Position numbers and translations under genes: made by a program. Of a stretch of 64,000 nucleotides of DNA, positions 1-11,084 are shown one piece after another. This DNA comes from Macrostomum hystrix (lineage: Eukaryota > Animalia > Platyhelminthes). Numbering within the stretch: position 1 is the stretch's first letter; the number at the start of each line of letters is the position of its first letter. The DNA lies in assembly GCA_950097015.1 (NCBI GenBank), contig CATNEN010000011.1:434001-498000 (forward strand), given 5' to 3'. A model generated the notes under the pieces. The model was given only the letters and a program-made list of their open reading frames with translations, was not told the DNA's origin and did not search any database.

Positions 1-56
1 TGAGGCGCAGCAAGCCAGGATTGGCTTGGCCTCCAGAACTGGCGCTGCTGGCATCG
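1..56 (+). CDS. numb: Numb endocytic adaptor, internal exon (5' end beyond window)
   Basis: Frame from nt 2 reads EAQQARIGLASRTGAAGI. Donor GTGAGT at 57. Phase 1 matches the acceptor at 756. Confidence 0.7.
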
Positions 57-239
57 GTGAGTTCAGGGTTTTATCAGATTTTTTAAACTGATTTGTGAAT
101 ATTGATTCTCTCTTTTGGGATAATCATCCCGATTTCTTTTTTGTTCCTACAAATGTTTCTTATTCAGATAAATCGATTCCACATTCATGAGTGTGTTGAT
201 TTGTCCTATGATATGTGATATGGGATATCCAATATCGAT

Positions 240-685
240 CGTAGAATATTCCTTTGATATCGATTCTTGGATATTGATAACTGGGATATCTGAATATTCT
301 TGGGATATCGATCCTGAGTTATTCCTTGGATATCGATTCTAGGATTTTCCTGGGATATCACTACTGGAATATTAATCCTGGGATATCGATCCTGGAATAT
401 TGATCCTGTGATCCTGGGATCGATCTTGGGATATCTATCCTGGGATATCTATCCTGGAATTTCGATCCTGGGATATCGTTCTTGGGATATCGATCCTGGG
501 ATATCGTTCTTGGGATATCGATCCTGGGATATCGTTCTTGGGATATCGATCCTGGGATATCGTTCTTGGGATATCGATCCTGGGATATCGTTCTTGGGAT
601 ATCGATCCTGGGATATCGTTCTTGGGATATCGATCCTGGGATATCGTTCTTGGGATATCGATCCTGGGATTCGATCCTGGAATGT
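240..685. repeat. Intronic minisatellite, 28-bp dimer of 14-bp subunits (GGGATATCGATCCT / GGGATATCGTTCTT)
   Basis: Tandem copies read directly. Degenerate from 240, near-perfect from about 465 to 670. Lies inside the numb intron 57-756. Confidence 0.95.
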
Positions 686-756
686 TGAATCTAAGCATCA
701 AGCCTAAAAAGGCCTCCTCCTCACTGCTTTCGCTTCTTCTGATCCTCTCCAAGCAG

Positions 757-999
757 GCTCGGCCATACCCGAGGCATCCGCCTCCACGGAGCTGTTGGAC
801 TCGGTGCCTCCGCTGCCGCAGCCGCCCGCCAACATGCATGCGACTCCGATTAACACAAGCAGCTTTGGCGGCGGTCGGCAGTTAGGCGCCCTTAGCGAAG
901 CCGAAGAGAATTTCAGTGGAACAGCTGCTCGGCAGCAGCAGCAGCAGAACGCGTGGCTGCAGTCCACCAATGGAAATGCGTCGAATAACTCCTATAATC
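757..999 (+). CDS. numb: Numb, penultimate exon
   Basis: Acceptor CTCTCCAAGCAG at 756 and donor GTAAGT at 1000. Pro/Gln/Ser-rich open frame (SAIPEASASTELLDSVPPLPQPP...SYN). Phases agree on both sides. Confidence 0.8.
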
Positions 1000-1078
1000 G
1001 TAAGTTATTGCCCATTTTGGTTGAGTTGTGGAGCTGTTACTCATTTGCAACCATAAATCATTACAACCATCATTTTAG

Positions 1079-1359
1079 CATTCCTGTCTGTTCAGCCGCA
1101 GCATCAGGAGCAGCAGGCTGCGTTTAATTCGGTGAACTGGTCGAGCTCAAGCCAGTCTCAACACCGCCCACAGCAGCAGCAGCCGAATTGGCGCCCATTC
1201 GATTACCAGCAGTCTCCCGTAGATCCATTCGATGTAGCCTGGGCAGACAGAGCGGCTAGTGCTAATCAACCCAGTCGCACTAATCCATTTCTGCAGCAAC
1301 AGCAGCAGCAGCCACCGCAACGAGTAACTGGTGGCAAAGCTTTTGAAGTGCACATGTGA
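1079..1359 (+). CDS. numb: Numb, last coding exon
   Basis: Acceptor TTTTAG at 1078 recreates an NPF motif across the junction. The C-terminus DPFDVAW...TNPF...KAFEVHM* matches the Numb signature DPF-x3-W...TNPF...(T/S)F(E/Q)(I/V)xL. Confidence 0.85.
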
Positions 1360-2854
1360 TGGCGTTCTGAAACGCATCTGCCTGCGACGAGTTTTATTTT
1401 TGCGATTGCATAGGTTCTATAGGACCCAGGAGTGTTCGTATCAATTGAGACCTTGTTCCAATAAGTGGCAGATTTGAAGATCATTGTTAAATGATGAAAT
1501 TGTAAGATTAGCTGCTTTAAAATATATATGCCTTAAAATGCTGTTGATTTAAATTTAGCATGCATGTTATTAAGTGCTATTTTCGGTGCTGTGTTTCATG
1601 GGAACAGTGTTTTTATCATGAAAAGTTGTGTGCTTACATTTTATTATTGTGCTATCATTACCAACTCCATTGTTTGAGTCAATGTTGCCATTTTGCATTG
1701 GCTCACTTATCCTGATTTTTATTCTCAATCTTTTACATAGCCTTTTAATAAGATGGTGTTTCCTGCTCACTTAATTTGCTAGTGAAATCGCGTTCTCTAT
1801 TTCTCTTTAAACTAATATCAAAATTGCATAGAATGAATCTATTTCCTTGCCCTTTTCCTCCATGGCCCTCTGTGATTCCTTTGATTCGCTGGCTAATTCA
1901 ATGCCTCAATGTTTAGCTCTGTTTGGTGTGATAGCCTTAGTTGTCATCGTTACTAATCGAGTGCTGTCTGTCTACCTCATTGAAGGAACAGTTCAAAGCA
2001 TGAGCAGATTGATCGAGTACAGTGACAGTGAAGCTAAGTTGTATTTGTGTTTGTTCGATTCGCATGTCGAATTCAAATGGGTCCATTCATTTTTGAATCC
2101 GGCTTTTTGTCAAACTTTGCTTAAAACTGTTAAATAACATGCTAGCGTATGTTAATAGAAATTTTGTCCATGTTATTATGCGACAGTTTTCTAACGAGAG
2201 CAATTTTATTATAGTTGCAATTTGCTGTGCCTCAAATGTTTTAGTTCTAGCTCGTATCTCTTTTTAACTTACTAGTATATGAGATTTATTTTGTACTGAT
2301 TGCTCAACAGAAACTGTCTGGAATGCCTTCAGTACATTGTTAGAATCAAATTCGTGTCTAACATATTTCTCGAGATTTCGTAAGTGTTACTGCTCCTACT
2401 ATAACTTGGGCCAATAGACAATAGACAGTGCATCATTCTTATTCGCATCCTTCTTGCTACTCCTGTACTGAATTTGTGTCTTATGTTCGAATTTTTTAGA
2501 CTTTCTGATTTTTTATCACTGTACCGCTTTAATCGAGTGCTGTCCTGTTAATCATGTAATTAGACCTTTTTATATATTTTATCGCATACTAATCTTGTAA
2601 TTTTCCTTTAGCCTGCTAAATCAATCTGGTGGCATAGGATATTTGAGATATTGTACCTGATTGCGCTGCCTTGCCAGTGCCTTCATCTAACTGCAGAATC
2701 AACCGCATATAGCAAATACAGACTGTGTCCCTGACTTCATTGGCTTAGTTGGCCAAGTATTTTTCTCCATTTGACGATCATGGTCAGCAAAGTTTATCTC
2801 CTTTTTTGTCTGTCGATTTTTCTACAAAAAAATTACACCTTCAGATTCCTAATT

Positions 2855-2990
2855 GAGAGTTCGGGCGTTCGAATCTCAACCCAAGGAGGAATTCGCGTGG
2901 CTTAAGCAAAATGAGTAATTATCGATTGCATCAGTTCATCTGCAGCTGTAAAATAGGGCCTGTAAGGATCGCCCCCCAGTCCATTGTCTG
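2855..2990 (+). mobile_element. Degenerate tRNA-derived CORE-type SINE, same family as 26385-26615
   Basis: B-box GTTCGAATCTC followed by TGCATCAGTTCATCTGCAGCTGTAAAATAGGG, which resembles the CORE 3' half. Alignable by eye to the minus-strand copy near 26.5 kb. Confidence 0.6.
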
Positions 2991-3059
2991 AACACGACTG
3001 CTACTGGGTCTGGGTATGATAATTTAGTTTTGGTTTTATTTGCTAGATCTGAGCATCAG

Positions 3060-3225
3060 ACTAGCCCGCACCAAAGCTATGAAGAGAAGGCTCCGTGCTG
3101 GTACAATTTACGAGTTGAAGAGCCAGGTATATACCCAGATCCCTCTGTTTAAGAGACTCAAGTTTCAGGGGAAGATCAGAAGATGCGATTGCCTCCTCGC
3201 TGGCTGCAGGTCGATTAGTCATTAC
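3060..3225 (+). mobile_element. Highly diverged partial copy of the structured SINE family
   Basis: Shares GAAGAGAAGGCT, ATTTACGA and ATTGCCTCCTCGCTGGCTGC(A)GGTC (motif 3191-3204) with the copies at 5.9, 10.0, 26.8 and 61.2 kb. Confidence 0.55.
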
Positions 3226-3883
3226 CTATAATTGTCAGAGACAACGGGAAAGACGAATTTAGATAAGGTTTATGGGCGGGATATGCGATGCTGTCTGGCT
3301 TATCCAACGAATGGTTTTTTGCTGAAGGAGGAGTAGCTCCTGCAGCAGACCTGGGGGCTTGATTGTCTCTGCGACACGACTTTAATTGGCACCTGTGCAG
3401 GCTTCATCCGGGATGAGTTCGGTGGCTGTCCACCCAGCAGCGGCCCCGTTGACGTCAAACAGCTGCCACCCACTCAACCCGGAAGAAATGGGAGTGGGGT
3501 GCTCTATATGGACTACGAATAGAGAAGAGTAAGCTCTGTTGAAATCTAGGAAATAAGTGGGCGAATAACATGCTCATCGACCTTCACTTTAATTAGGTAA
3601 ATTCTATTCCGAATATAACTCCAGACTGTGATTGCGCGCAACGCCATAAAGACGTCAATCTGCAAGCACCAGATAATAGCAGTGGGAAATCCGTCGTAAA
3701 AAGATTTTCTTTTTTTCTAAAAATATTTTTTTATGAAAGCAACAGGACAGATTTATTTATTCATATATATAAGTTGGACCAACTTTTAGTGATAAGAAAT
3801 TGACCATTTCCAAGATTTAATCAATTTCGTGTCGTGTAAATTCCGACTCAACAATAATTTCGCTATAAATTCATTGCTGTGGT

Positions 3884-4605
3884 AGGATTGTGCTAGAAGT
3901 TCCCTTTCAACAATGATTTCCAGGATTGTGCTAGAAGTTCCCTTTCAACAATGATTTCCAGGATTGTGCCAGAAGTTCCCTTTCAACAATGATTTCCAGG
4001 ATTGTGCTAGAAGTTCCCTTTCAACAATGATTTCCAGGATTGTGCCAGAAGTTCCCTTTCAACAATGATTTCCAGGATTGTGCCAGAAGTTCCCTGTCAA
4101 CAATGATTTCCAGGATTGTGCTAGAAGTTCACTGTCAACCATGATTTCTAGGATTGTGCTAGAAGTTCCCTTTCAACAATGATTTCTAGGATTTTGCTAG
4201 AAGTTCCCTTTCAACAATGATTTCCAAGATTGTGCTAGAAGTTCACTGTCAACCATGATTTCTAGGATTGTGCTAGAAGTTCCCTTTCAACAATGATTTC
4301 CAGGATTGTGCTAGAAGTTCCCTTTCAACAATGATTTCCAGGATTGTGCTAGAAGTTCACTGTCAACCATGATTTCTAGGATTGTGCTAGAAGTTCCCTT
4401 TCAACAATGATTTCTAGGATTGTGCTAGAAGTTCCTGTCAACAATGATTTCTAGGATTGTGCTAGAAGTTCACTGTCAACAATGATTTCTAGGATTGTGC
4501 CAGAAGTTCCCTGTCAACAATGATTTCTAGGATTGTGCTAGAAGTTCCCTTTCAACAATAATTTCTAGGATTGTGCTAGAAGTTCCCTGTCAACAATGAT
4601 TCCCG
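3884..4605. repeat. Minisatellite, 38-bp unit AGGATTGTGCTAGAAGTTCCCTTTCAACAATGATTTCC, about 19 copies
   Basis: Head-to-tail copies with no spacers. Period is 38 (3884 vs 3922). Confidence 0.97.
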
Positions 4606-5910
4606 ATTCCAAGAAATTGTTCCACCCTTAGTTTTCTCGAATCTAGTGAAATCAGAAATGATGGCTTGGGCATTAGTTGTTTCAAAATCTGTAATAAATT
4701 TTGAGAGGCCTTTTCCAGGGACTGCAGTACTAGTGATAGTCTCATAGGTACGCGCTCAGAAGTAGAAAACTGTTTAGAAGTTCAGCTTTTTATAAATATC
4801 CAACCTTATGAACTGATAAACGATAGCTGTAACTGCATGGTTTTTCTGCTATTATAGTCTTGAAGATAAGAAGCCAGCAGATAGTTAATGATTTGATTTC
4901 CGCATCCGTCTTGTTTCATTGCGGGATTCGCATTGGGAAATCCCAAGCTACAGTCGCTTGGAATGTCTGAGTTGTTTTGTTGTCTTGTTCATCTGAAAAA
5001 TCCGCTTTGTTGGCTGCAAGACAAAGGAGTGCTTCTGCACTTTCATTTCGGGTGGCCATGCCGGTTAGGATACTGAATCGCTATGAGCTCGGCCAAATTA
5101 ATATACGAGCGTATGGTCCGTGCATGCCCATCAAAGTGAATTCCAGTCATTTATAAGCTGGGTTAACATGCAAAATAAATTTATGTATTTAGCTGCTTGT
5201 TAAAATCCTTGGAATAGCCGCTAGTATAGTATTATAGAATTATAAATATTTCAATTCACCTGACTGACTTCGCTAAGAAAATTAAAAAAAGTTCAGCAAT
5301 ACTGACTTAATACTTAACAATGCTAGTAAAGTTCGACTTTTTTTACATGTTTTGATGATTAGAATTTCTGAAAAGTACAAGCCTTTAGTGTGCAAGCATT
5401 TGCCTTTCCCGGTTATTTATTGTTTTGAGCTAAAGTACAACCATACTCTAGCTACCCATCCCGCCAGGCCGCCACGCTTGACTAATTTTGAGTTCTATAA
5501 GTTGACAAGAGTGCGGCCCCTGTTACACCTGATAGTTACTCGTAAAACTCCGCGGAATCTGCACCGCACGCATCATCATGGCTTTGATGTGCTCTATCTG
5601 TGCCTCATGGATTTGCCAAGCGGATCCGATGAACAGTCGAGCTTGTGGGAAAAACTTGAGCCTCTATGTCCCAATGCCGATTGAAACTGACTTAATTATT
5701 ACGTGTAGACTGAGGTGAAACCTTCAATTTAAGATTTTTCATAATCATTGGCTACGTTTTCACACGTGGATTTGTGCGTCCCATTCGTCAAAACTGCTGG
5801 TTTAATGGCTGCGAACCTAATGAATCCCACGAATTCTGTAATTATACTCATTGCCAGAGATATCTGGATATTATAGGGATTTCTTTAAAAATTTCCCACA
5901 GCCAAAATTT

Positions 5911-6258
5911 TAATAATAATAACTGCAGGAGGACTGTGGGCAATGGCACATCATCTGCTAACACTTGACCCGCAGCCAGCGAGGAGGCAATTCTGCAACT
6001 TTCGCTGTCTCCTTAGCACATACCATTCGCAGGAACACGCTCACACAGGTGTATACATCTGCCATGACTTTCTCATCGTCAGGCAGTGTACACTTTCACT
6101 GTGCCTTGGAGGTTGGCCCTTAAGAAGGGCCCTTAAGAAAGCCCCCAAGCCTTCCCTCCGCGGCTGCGCCCGAAATAAATGTGGCCTCGCCGCGGAATCG
6201 AGCTTAAGGACCTTGGCGCGAGAGGCAAACGCGTTAACCGCTCTGCCAACGACCCCCC
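5911..6258 (-). mobile_element. Full-length tRNA-headed structured SINE, copy 1
   Basis: Minus strand reads GGGGGGTCGTTGGCAGAGCGGTTAACGCG (A box) ... AGCTCGATTCC (B box), then the shared body and an (ATT)n tail. Homologous to 10046-10389 and 26846-27200. Confidence 0.9.
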
Positions 6259-6377
6259 AGCCAAACATTTACGACTTGGAAAATTTCTCTGAGCACAAAG
6301 ATATTTGTTTGTCTCTCTCTTTTTCATTTCAGACTGCTAAGTTCTGATAAACACAAGAGCAGATAGTTATTGCATTG

Positions 6378-6685
6378 TCTCACCAGCTTCTCAGTCTGCT
6401 TTCTCACCAGCTTCTCAGTCTGCTTTCTCACCAGCTTCTCAGTCTGCTTTCTCACCAGCTTCTCAGTCTGCTTTCTCACCAGCTTCTCAGTCTGCATGCT
6501 TTCTCACCAGCTTCTCAGTCTGCATGCTTTCTCACCAGCTTCTCAGTCTGCATGCTTTCTCACCAGCTTCTCAGTCTGCATGCTTTCTCACCAGCTTCTC
6601 ATTCTGCTTTCTCACCAGCTTCTCAGTCTGCTTTCTCACCAGCTTCTCAGTCTGCTTTCTCACCAGCTTCTCTGTCTGCTTTTTC
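6378..6685. repeat. Minisatellite, 24-bp unit TCTCACCAGCTTCTCAGTCTGCTT with 28-bp CATG-insertion variants
   Basis: Tandem copies read directly. Confidence 0.95.
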
Positions 6686-8109
6686 ATTCCGGTCCTTGTG
6701 CTCGAACCATCCATTCCTGTAATTATCTTCTCACCCTCTACGCGTTTTTCTGATTTCTTGAAGAAAACTTGTTCAGTTTGCCAACTCCAAGTGTCTCTCT
6801 GCCTTTCCCTGCTCTACTTCCATTGGCTGCCATGTAAATGGACATGTGGGCAGGTTGTGTCCCTGCTGTATTTGGCTTGTTATATAAGGACTCCTATATT
6901 CTTTTAGAAGCATCTCTCTTTGCTGAAAAAACAAATCTAAATCCAGCCTCAGCGGCAGAAGCGCCAAGAATCTGCAACAGTCTGCTGGTTTGGGGCAGCC
7001 CTCTTAACTGATCTGCAAACGCACCCCAGACAGGTAGGATAACTTGATAATGGATTTTAGATTGTAGAATAGTATGCTTTTATGCTATTCTGTACGAGTC
7101 AAGATTTCTATAATAATTTTTACTATTGCGACTATGGTAATGTATGAAGTTTAATTGAAATGTAATTTGTGAATAAATTCAAGGTTTTGTTTGCTCATTT
7201 CGATCGGAAGACAACGAGTACAGCGCCCTGGATGTCAGATCCAGGACTCGACATTGCTCCCCTAAAGGGATAAATTCCGATCAGGACAAGAAATTGCCCC
7301 TAGGGGGCAAACTTGATCCATCCCCAACCTAAGCTTTGTATGAACATATGTCACGAAATTCCGCTATAGGTGAAATAGCTGAGGAGATTAAAGCCCACTG
7401 ACTGTGACTCCGCGGACCTTGTACAAAAATTATAGTTTGCAAGCTGATTGTGTGTGTCTACAGTGTGTGAAGCATATTTCCTCTTTTACTCTATTGAAAT
7501 TTCTCTATTTTCTCACTGCTCCATTTCTTATGCATCTGTCCCTTCCGATCCCCTGTCTTCTTTTTCTCTCATACAGCCTCCTTCTCCTCTCCCCTTTATC
7601 CCCTTCTCTCGCATGTTTTTTAAATATCTCTCGTATTCTCATCTTTCTCTTTTCCCTTATCCTGTCCTCTGTCATCTCTCCAAACGGTTCTTGAAATAAA
7701 GTTTTAGTATTTGGATGAAGAACAAGTAGAAGGAGGGGAAGTTGATAGAAGAAGGATTTGATAAATTTGGCTAGTCTGCAAGTGACTCGAGGTCAGAAAA
7801 AGAAAAGACGCGCAAAGAGGAAAACTTGGATCGAGGGTGCTGGGCCAAGCACAATGAAATCGCTACACGTGGCAGTTGTAGCTCAAAGCCCTGCTGACGG
7901 TCTTCAGAGCACATTCGAGAACAGTCAGCTTAGCCATCACGCCGCTCACTGCTTCCAGGGCCCGTGGAGACAAAGAAGCTGGGAGGCAGGTTCTGCTTCA
8001 AGGGCAGGCTGTGGCTGCCTCCAGAGTCCCTCTTTACATTTTCTTGAAAAAGTAAAAAGATAAGAGTAAGATTCTGCCCGATATTTTTAATTTCTTTTCC
8101 CTACTTGAG

Positions 8110-8295
8110 GGATTGTGATTAGAGCGTCGGAGGTCGGGGGTTCGATTCCCGGCTCCAATGCAACAATCTGTGTCCTTTAGCAAAGACACTGTAGCGAGTA
8201 TCATAAGCGAGCACAATAGCTGCGACTGTGCTATCGGCTGCACATCTGGCCCCATAATACGGCAGGTGTAATCAATTAATAATAATTATTATTAT
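8110..8295 (+). mobile_element. tRNA-derived SINE with CORE-like 5' segment (separate family)
   Basis: GGTTCGATTCCC B box, then TGTGTCCTTTAGCAAAGACACT resembling the CORE start, and an AT-rich (AAT/ATT)n tail. Confidence 0.6.
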
Positions 8296-8508
8296 ACCCT
8301 CTAATAGAGGTGTTCCTACGTGTAGGTGCGAGATTTTTGTTTCGCGGACTAGAAAATGAGATTTTGTGGATTAAGCTAATACGGATGTTTTCCGAGTTGA
8401 CATAATTGTAGTAAAAAATAACACCCTACAGTACGAGCGTACTTTGCGCTCAAGACACACAATGTCCCCGAGCATCTTGCTGTAGCACCTCCAAGCCTAT
8501 TTTTCATC

Positions 8509-9100
8509 ATGCCTGCCCTCGGACCCACAGCCTGCCCTCGGACCCACAGCCTGCCCTCGGACCCACAGCCTGCCCTCGGACCCACAGCCTGCCCTCGGAC
8601 CCACAGCCTGCCCTCGGACCCACAGCCTGCCCTCGGACCCACAGCCTGCCCTCGGACCCACAGCCTGCCCTCGGACCCACAGCCTGCCCTCGGACGCACA
8701 GCCTGCCCTCGGACCCACAGCCTGCCCTCGGACCCACAGCCTGCCCTTAAACACACAGTGTCCCCTCGGACCCACAGCCTGCCCTCGGACCCACAGCCTG
8801 CCCTCGGACCCACAGCCTGCCCTCGGACCCACAGCCTGCCCTCGGACCCACAGCCTGCCCTCGGACCCACAGCCTGCCCTCGGACCCACAGCCTGCCCTC
8901 GGACCCACAGCCTGCCCTCGGACCCACAGCCTCCCCTCGGACCCACAGCCTGCCCTCGGACCCACAGCCTGCCCTCGGACCCACAGCCTCCCCTCGGACC
9001 CACAGCCTGCCCTTGAACACACAGCCTCCCCTAGGACCCACAGCCTGCCCTTGAACACACAGCGTGCCCTAGGACCCACTGCCTCCCCTCGGACCCACAG
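8509..9100. repeat. GC-rich minisatellite, 19-bp unit CTGCCCTCGGACCCACAGC, about 30 copies
   Basis: Tandem copies read directly. Explains the overlapping repetitive ORFs on both strands. Confidence 0.97.
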
Positions 9101-10045
9101 TACCCTCGCCATTGCTATCGTCTAGAGCAGCCCAGTCTAAGTCATTTCGTTATAATTCTGAACATCCTGCCTGTTTTATTCGTAGAGCTGTTCCTCCAAT
9201 CCGGTCCGAATTCAATCTTCTATAAATTTTGTGCTCGTCACTCAGCGAGTCTCAGTGAATCTTAGACAATTGTTGACAATCAGCCCACGCCGTGTGCTCA
9301 CAGACAGTCTGAGACCCCTTACCTTCCATAGTCTTAGCCCATAGCCCCATGGGACAGGCGGGCAGCTCATGCTGGAGCAGCTCAGGCTTACTCGCCCGCA
9401 GCTGCAAAGTGCAACTGCTCATCATCGCACCTGCTATTTCAGTTTTTCCTTATCTCAATTCGCCACGCGTCTGCCTCGGCAATCCCAGTTAGAACTAGCT
9501 CTAGTTCGAGGCAGTTTCGAGCTATGGACTTGCCAACAGCTTTTTCTCTCGCTTTGCTTTTGATGCCGGATCATGCACGCGAGAGTTTGGCTCGGATCTG
9601 CTTCCCAGCAATGGGAAGGGATTGTTGCGCCTATTTAGCCTGGGCCATGTTTACCGCGGCCAGTCTTTAACGATGCGTGCTTGGCACTGCTGGCCCAAGG
9701 CTTCCTGATCTATTCGATAATCATAGAATCATTTGTTGCCTATTTTTTAATGCTTTAACTAGGTCGGGTCTAAAAAGACGTGAGAGGGAGAGTGAAGACA
9801 GTGATACAAATAAATAAATAATTAAGGAAGGTAAGGGTGGAATGAGGGAAGGGTAGAATGAGAGGGAAGGGTTGAATGAGATAAGTCTAGAATGAGATAA
9901 GGGTAAAGTGAGATAGTGGTTGATAAGGGTAGAGTGAGGGAAGGTAGGAGTGAGGGAAGGGAAGGGAGTAAGGGAAGTGGGATAATGTCGGACGTAAAAC
10001 CGGAGACAGAACTAATTTTGGGTGGGGCGTAGTTTGGTAGCTAAT

Positions 10046-10389
10046 GGGGGGTCGGTGGCAGAGCGGTTATCGCGTTTGCCTCTCGCACCACGGTCCCTAA
10101 GTTCGATTCCACGACGAGGCATTCATTTGGGCGCGGTCGTGAAGAGAAGGCTTGGGGGCTTGTCGTGCAATTTTCGCCCTTCTTAAGGGCCAACCTCCAA
10201 GGCACAGTGAGAGTGTACACTGCCTGACGATGAGAAAGTCAGGGCAGATATGCACACCTGTGTGAGTGTGTGCCTGCGTACGGTATCTGTGTGCTCAGGA
10301 GTCATCGAAATGGGCAGAATTGCCTCCTCGCTGGCTGCGGGTCTAGTGCCACTAAATGATGTGCCATTGCCCGCAGCCTAACATTATTT
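10046..10389 (+). mobile_element. Full-length tRNA-headed structured SINE, copy 2
   Basis: GGTGGCAGAGCGG A box, GTTCGATTCC B box, shared body with hairpins, ATT tail. Confidence 0.9.
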
Positions 10390-11084
10390 GTATGTAAAAA
10401 CATTATTGGTAGCTAATTGAATTCCTAGTTTGGTATTTATTATAATTTTACATTTGTTGAAAGGAAGATCCAAGTATAGTTTCCTAGTAAAGAGCTTTAA
10501 AGAACCACAGTAATGTTGCGCCTGAGGGTTGGGGCTGTCGTTATTTTACAAATCTCTGAATTTAGAATGCGACCAACTAAAAGTTGCAAAACAATGTGAA
10601 GAGAAAATACGGATGCGGCTCAGCACAGAACCCCGATGGGTGATGCATTTGAGATTTTTGTGAGCAGCATCAACAGCTGAGATCTCGCTTAGATAAGCCT
10701 TGGATTCAAACGAAATCGCAGCAAAGGAAGTGAGGAGCCACAGAAAGCGAGGAAGTGAGTCATTTTCTTCTGGGCTTTGAAGGAAGAAAAAAATCTGAAA
10801 ATGTGAAGACTGTGAAAAGCAATGTCCAGAAATAGCTGGGATTCTCACAAACGCTAATTCACAGTGACCCAACAAGAATCATGCAAAAGCCAGAGCAATT
10901 TTAGCCTTTGAAAGGCTAAGAATGACTAAAATAAGTAATTAAACTTACATCATCACACAGACAGCGCTTACTTGCTTACATCAAATAAAATGTTGATAAC
11001 ACTTAAGTTAAATTAACTCGCTGTTAGAGGGGCGAAAGAGACGCCAGACAGTGGAAGGTACGAGTGAAGGACAACCCAACAGGT

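Noticed and set aside
3884-4605. CRISPR-like array of 38-bp repeats
   Set aside because: Units are head-to-tail with no unique spacers, there are no cas genes, and the context is eukaryotic.
10046-10125. tRNA gene
   Set aside because: A and B boxes are present but there is no proper acceptor stem or cloverleaf, and it continues into a shared SINE body in several copies.
10221-10250. Hammerhead ribozyme (CTGACGA ... GAAA) in the SINE
   Set aside because: The GAAA lies inside the would-be stem II loop rather than after it, and no stem I/III with a UH site can be built. A plain hairpin explains the sequence.
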